A stretch of DNA of 64,000 nucleotides from Paramoeba atlantica (taxonomy: Eukaryota; Protista; Discosea), in assembly GCA_977017575.1 (NCBI GenBank), contig CDRNVI010000040.1, forward strand, positions 372,001-436,000, in the 5' to 3' direction. The translations under genes and the position numbers were made by a program. The notes under the pieces were generated by a model that was not told the DNA's origin, did not search any database, and saw only the letters and a program-made list of their open reading frames with translations. How positions within the stretch are numbered: position 1 is the stretch's first letter; every line of letters starts with the position of its first letter. Shown here piece after piece: positions 61,769 to 64,000 of this stretch.

Positions 61769-62656
61769 GTGATTTGTGCCCAAATCGAGGATAGAGGGGG
61801 GGCCCCTCTTTTCTCACCCTGCTGGATCCACCCTACCCCGGACACCATAAAGAAGGGAGAGGCAGAGGTTGTAAATGAATTTGAGAAGGTTCTCACTGAC
61901 GTAAGATCTGGGTTATCAGAGCCGAATTCTCCTGCTCTGCTTCTCTTGGACAAGGCACCACAGCACACAAGCACTCTCTCACTTCAAGCATTTAACTGTA
62001 GTACGCTGTACGTTCCCGCTAAAATGACGCACGTCTTTCAACCTTGCGACCATTACATAATAGCGAATATGAAGAAAAATTTTGACCGCACATGGAGAAA
62101 ATGGGTACAGGGTGTGTACGCTGATGCCACGACATCTATTGAAGAATGCACGGCACGCATATTAACTACATCAATCCCAGTTCTAAGAACCTTGAAATAT
62201 CATCAGCTTTCTGTCGCTCTTTCCTCATTAACTCCTTCAACTATACTAAAATCGTTTGGCGTAACAGGTATTTTACGCGCGGTTTATGGCAATACGAATT
62301 ATGAGGTTATTTACGACTCTTTGATTCAGACGCTGTCTGCAGAAGAACTCTCGGAAGCTCAAAAAGTCTCAACTGTTATCGTCGGTGACTCAGAAAATGG
62401 TGATATGAACGAACCCATTAACACATTGGCCACACCGACTGATACAATACATGAAAATGTGGATACAGATCATCGCGGTGAAGCCCTGGATTATGTTCTT
62501 GTAACAAAAATGGGTCGTCCTCCAAAGGAGACGCGAGTTTCTTATCACTCAGCGGAAGAAAGAAAACGTATGCATCGAAGACGACTTCATAAAAAAAGAG
62601 TTGCACATAACAATTATCAGTGGTTCTCACGGCGCCGCATAGATTCGGTAGATTAG
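61769..62656 (+). pseudogene. pogo/Tigger-type DDE_1 transposase, N-terminally truncated
   Basis: LLLLDKAPQH...YVPAKMTHVFQPCDHYIIANMK with 32 residues between the two Asp. The first catalytic Asp and the HTH domains are not seen. Confidence 0.8.
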
Positions 62657-63105
62657 CCAATTAGATTATTAGTGCGTGTAGGAGTAAGTGAAGGAAGAAA
62701 GAAGGACGGAAGAAAGAAAGAAGGAAGAAGTAAATCAACATTCAAAAATATCAATGAAACAAACATTCTTAATATTTTAAAGTACCAAATGACTACCATT
62801 GTGCGTGTATTAATATGATAAAGTATGAAAATAGCGTCAAGTAATTTTAATAGGAAAATATATTTTCTAGTTTCATTGCACGAAAAAATTGGCCCCAATA
62901 AAGTTGGTCCACATAAATATTGGTCCGACTTTTTTTTCGAGCTCGAAGGACCAAATTAAAAAAATATCAAATTTTTTACTCGGCCGGTAGGGCGCTCTAC
63001 GAAGATATTTTTGGGCGGAAACTGATTTCTAAAAAAAATGATTTTTGATATAACCCAAAATGACTAATTAGCTTTAATCATCATTAATTGGTACAGTATT
63101 TTTTA

Positions 63106-64000
63106 ATGACTCACTCAAAACGAAAAAGAGTTCCTCGAATCCGTGTATCCGAGCTTATCTCGGGCACCTCCTCAATAGAGGAAATAGCAACGAGTGAAAT
63201 CCCTCAGAGGGAAGATATGAACGAAGAGGATTCTACTGATTCTGCGTCCGAAGAATGTGAAACATTTGAACATAAGGCTCAACGCGTACATGACATGCTA
63301 CAGAAACAACAGAGGGATGACTTTTCTAGCAACATAGATGAGGACATCATGCGGGATGAAAAGGTGGATATTTTTAGCGTGGTTAATGAAAAAAGTGAAG
63401 CAAAGCCCCTTTCTACTTTGCCGACTCACGTTTTAAGCGCTGACAAAAAAGCTGATACCACAGGAACTATTGAAAATACTAAAAGGCGTATATCTGCTGT
63501 GCTACATGTACTGGCAAACTTCAAGAGCGAAAGATCATTAGAACATCAGCGAAAAGAATACATTGATGTGCTAGTAAAAGATGTTTGTCGACTGTACGAT
63601 TACAACGAGTTTTTGACACGTAAGCTGCTGGAAATTTTGCCACCATCAGAAGTCGTTGAGTTCATCGAGGCCAATGAAAAGGAGAGGCCAGTCACACTAC
63701 GAGTCAATACTTTAAAGTCGCGACGTCGAGAAGTGTCACACGCCCTCGCTCAACGGGGTGTGCACCTTCAAGCCCTGGAAAAATGGACTAATGTGGGGCT
63801 ACAAGTATTCGAGAGCAAAGTTGCAGTCGGGGCAACAGCGGAGTATCTTGCTGGTCATTACATGTTGCAGAGTGCAGTTTCTTTCCTTCCAGTTATCACA
63901 CTGGATCCTCAGCCGAACGAGAAGGTTCTTGACCTTGCAGCAGCTCCCGGTGGAAAGTCGTCCTTTATTGTACAATTAATGGGTGATAGTGGAATGCTGT
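63106..64000 (+). CDS. NOP2: NOP2/NSUN1 rRNA m5C methyltransferase, 3'-partial (missing from the ORF track)
   Basis: Manual translation from ATG 63106: EANEKERPVTLRVNTLK, GATAEYLAGHYMLQ, LDPQPNEKVLDLAAAPGGKS. The frame is open to the window end. Confidence 0.95.
   Translation, partial: MTHSKRKRVPRIRVSELISGTSSIEEIATSEIPQREDMNEEDSTDSASEECETFEHKAQRVHDMLQKQQRDDFSSNIDEDIMRDEKVDIFSVVNEKSEAKPLSTLPTHVLSADKKADTTGTIENTKRRISAVLHVLANFKSERSLEHQRKEYIDVLVKDVCRLYDYNEFLTRKLLEILPPSEVVEFIEANEKERPVTLRVNTLKSRRREVSHALAQRGVHLQALEKWTNVGLQVFESKVAVGATAEYLAGHYMLQSAVSFLPVITLDPQPNEKVLDLAAAPGGKSSFIVQLMGDSGML

Noticed and set aside
62690-62730. GAAG/GAAA purine run
   Set aside because: Simple low-complexity microsatellite with no further structure.
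1-64000. Non-standard genetic code or stop-codon readthrough
   Set aside because: Conserved proteins (RtcB, beta'-COP, 14-3-3, NOP2, hAT transposase) translate fully in the standard code. Internal stops occur only in decayed mobile elements.

Overview
Compact, apparently intron-free eukaryotic DNA. About 35 host genes lie head-to-tail on the + strand (PMS2-like ... NOP2), separated by short AT/pyrimidine-rich spacers. This looks like one kinetoplastid-style polycistronic unit. A DEK-C+2xHMG (TDP1-like) gene, PPR/TPR mitochondrial proteins and a spliced-leader (SL)-like 33-mer support a kinetoplastid; a reduced Perkinsela-like genome is my inference. The gene array is interrupted by mobile-DNA islands. 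(i) 25.9-27.3 kb: an element with inverted arrays of nested palindromes that contains twin covarying GC hairpins and a genomic SL-like sequence 23 nt upstream of an orphan ORF. (ii) 46.5-54.1 kb: a structurally complete hAT transposon (19-bp perfect TIRs, 7/8 TSD, intact ~626-aa transposase) nested in a long-TIR MITE, followed by LINE debris, GCGAAGC mini-hairpins and a TA-flanked inverted repeat. (iii) 55.5-57 kb: a degenerate Merlin/IS1595-type transposase. (iv) 61.5-63 kb: a tRNA-like sequence and a pogo/DDE_1 transposase fragment. Several genes also overlap GC islands that switch from C-rich to G-rich regardless of ORF boundaries. All family assignments come from motif recognition by eye; no searches were run.
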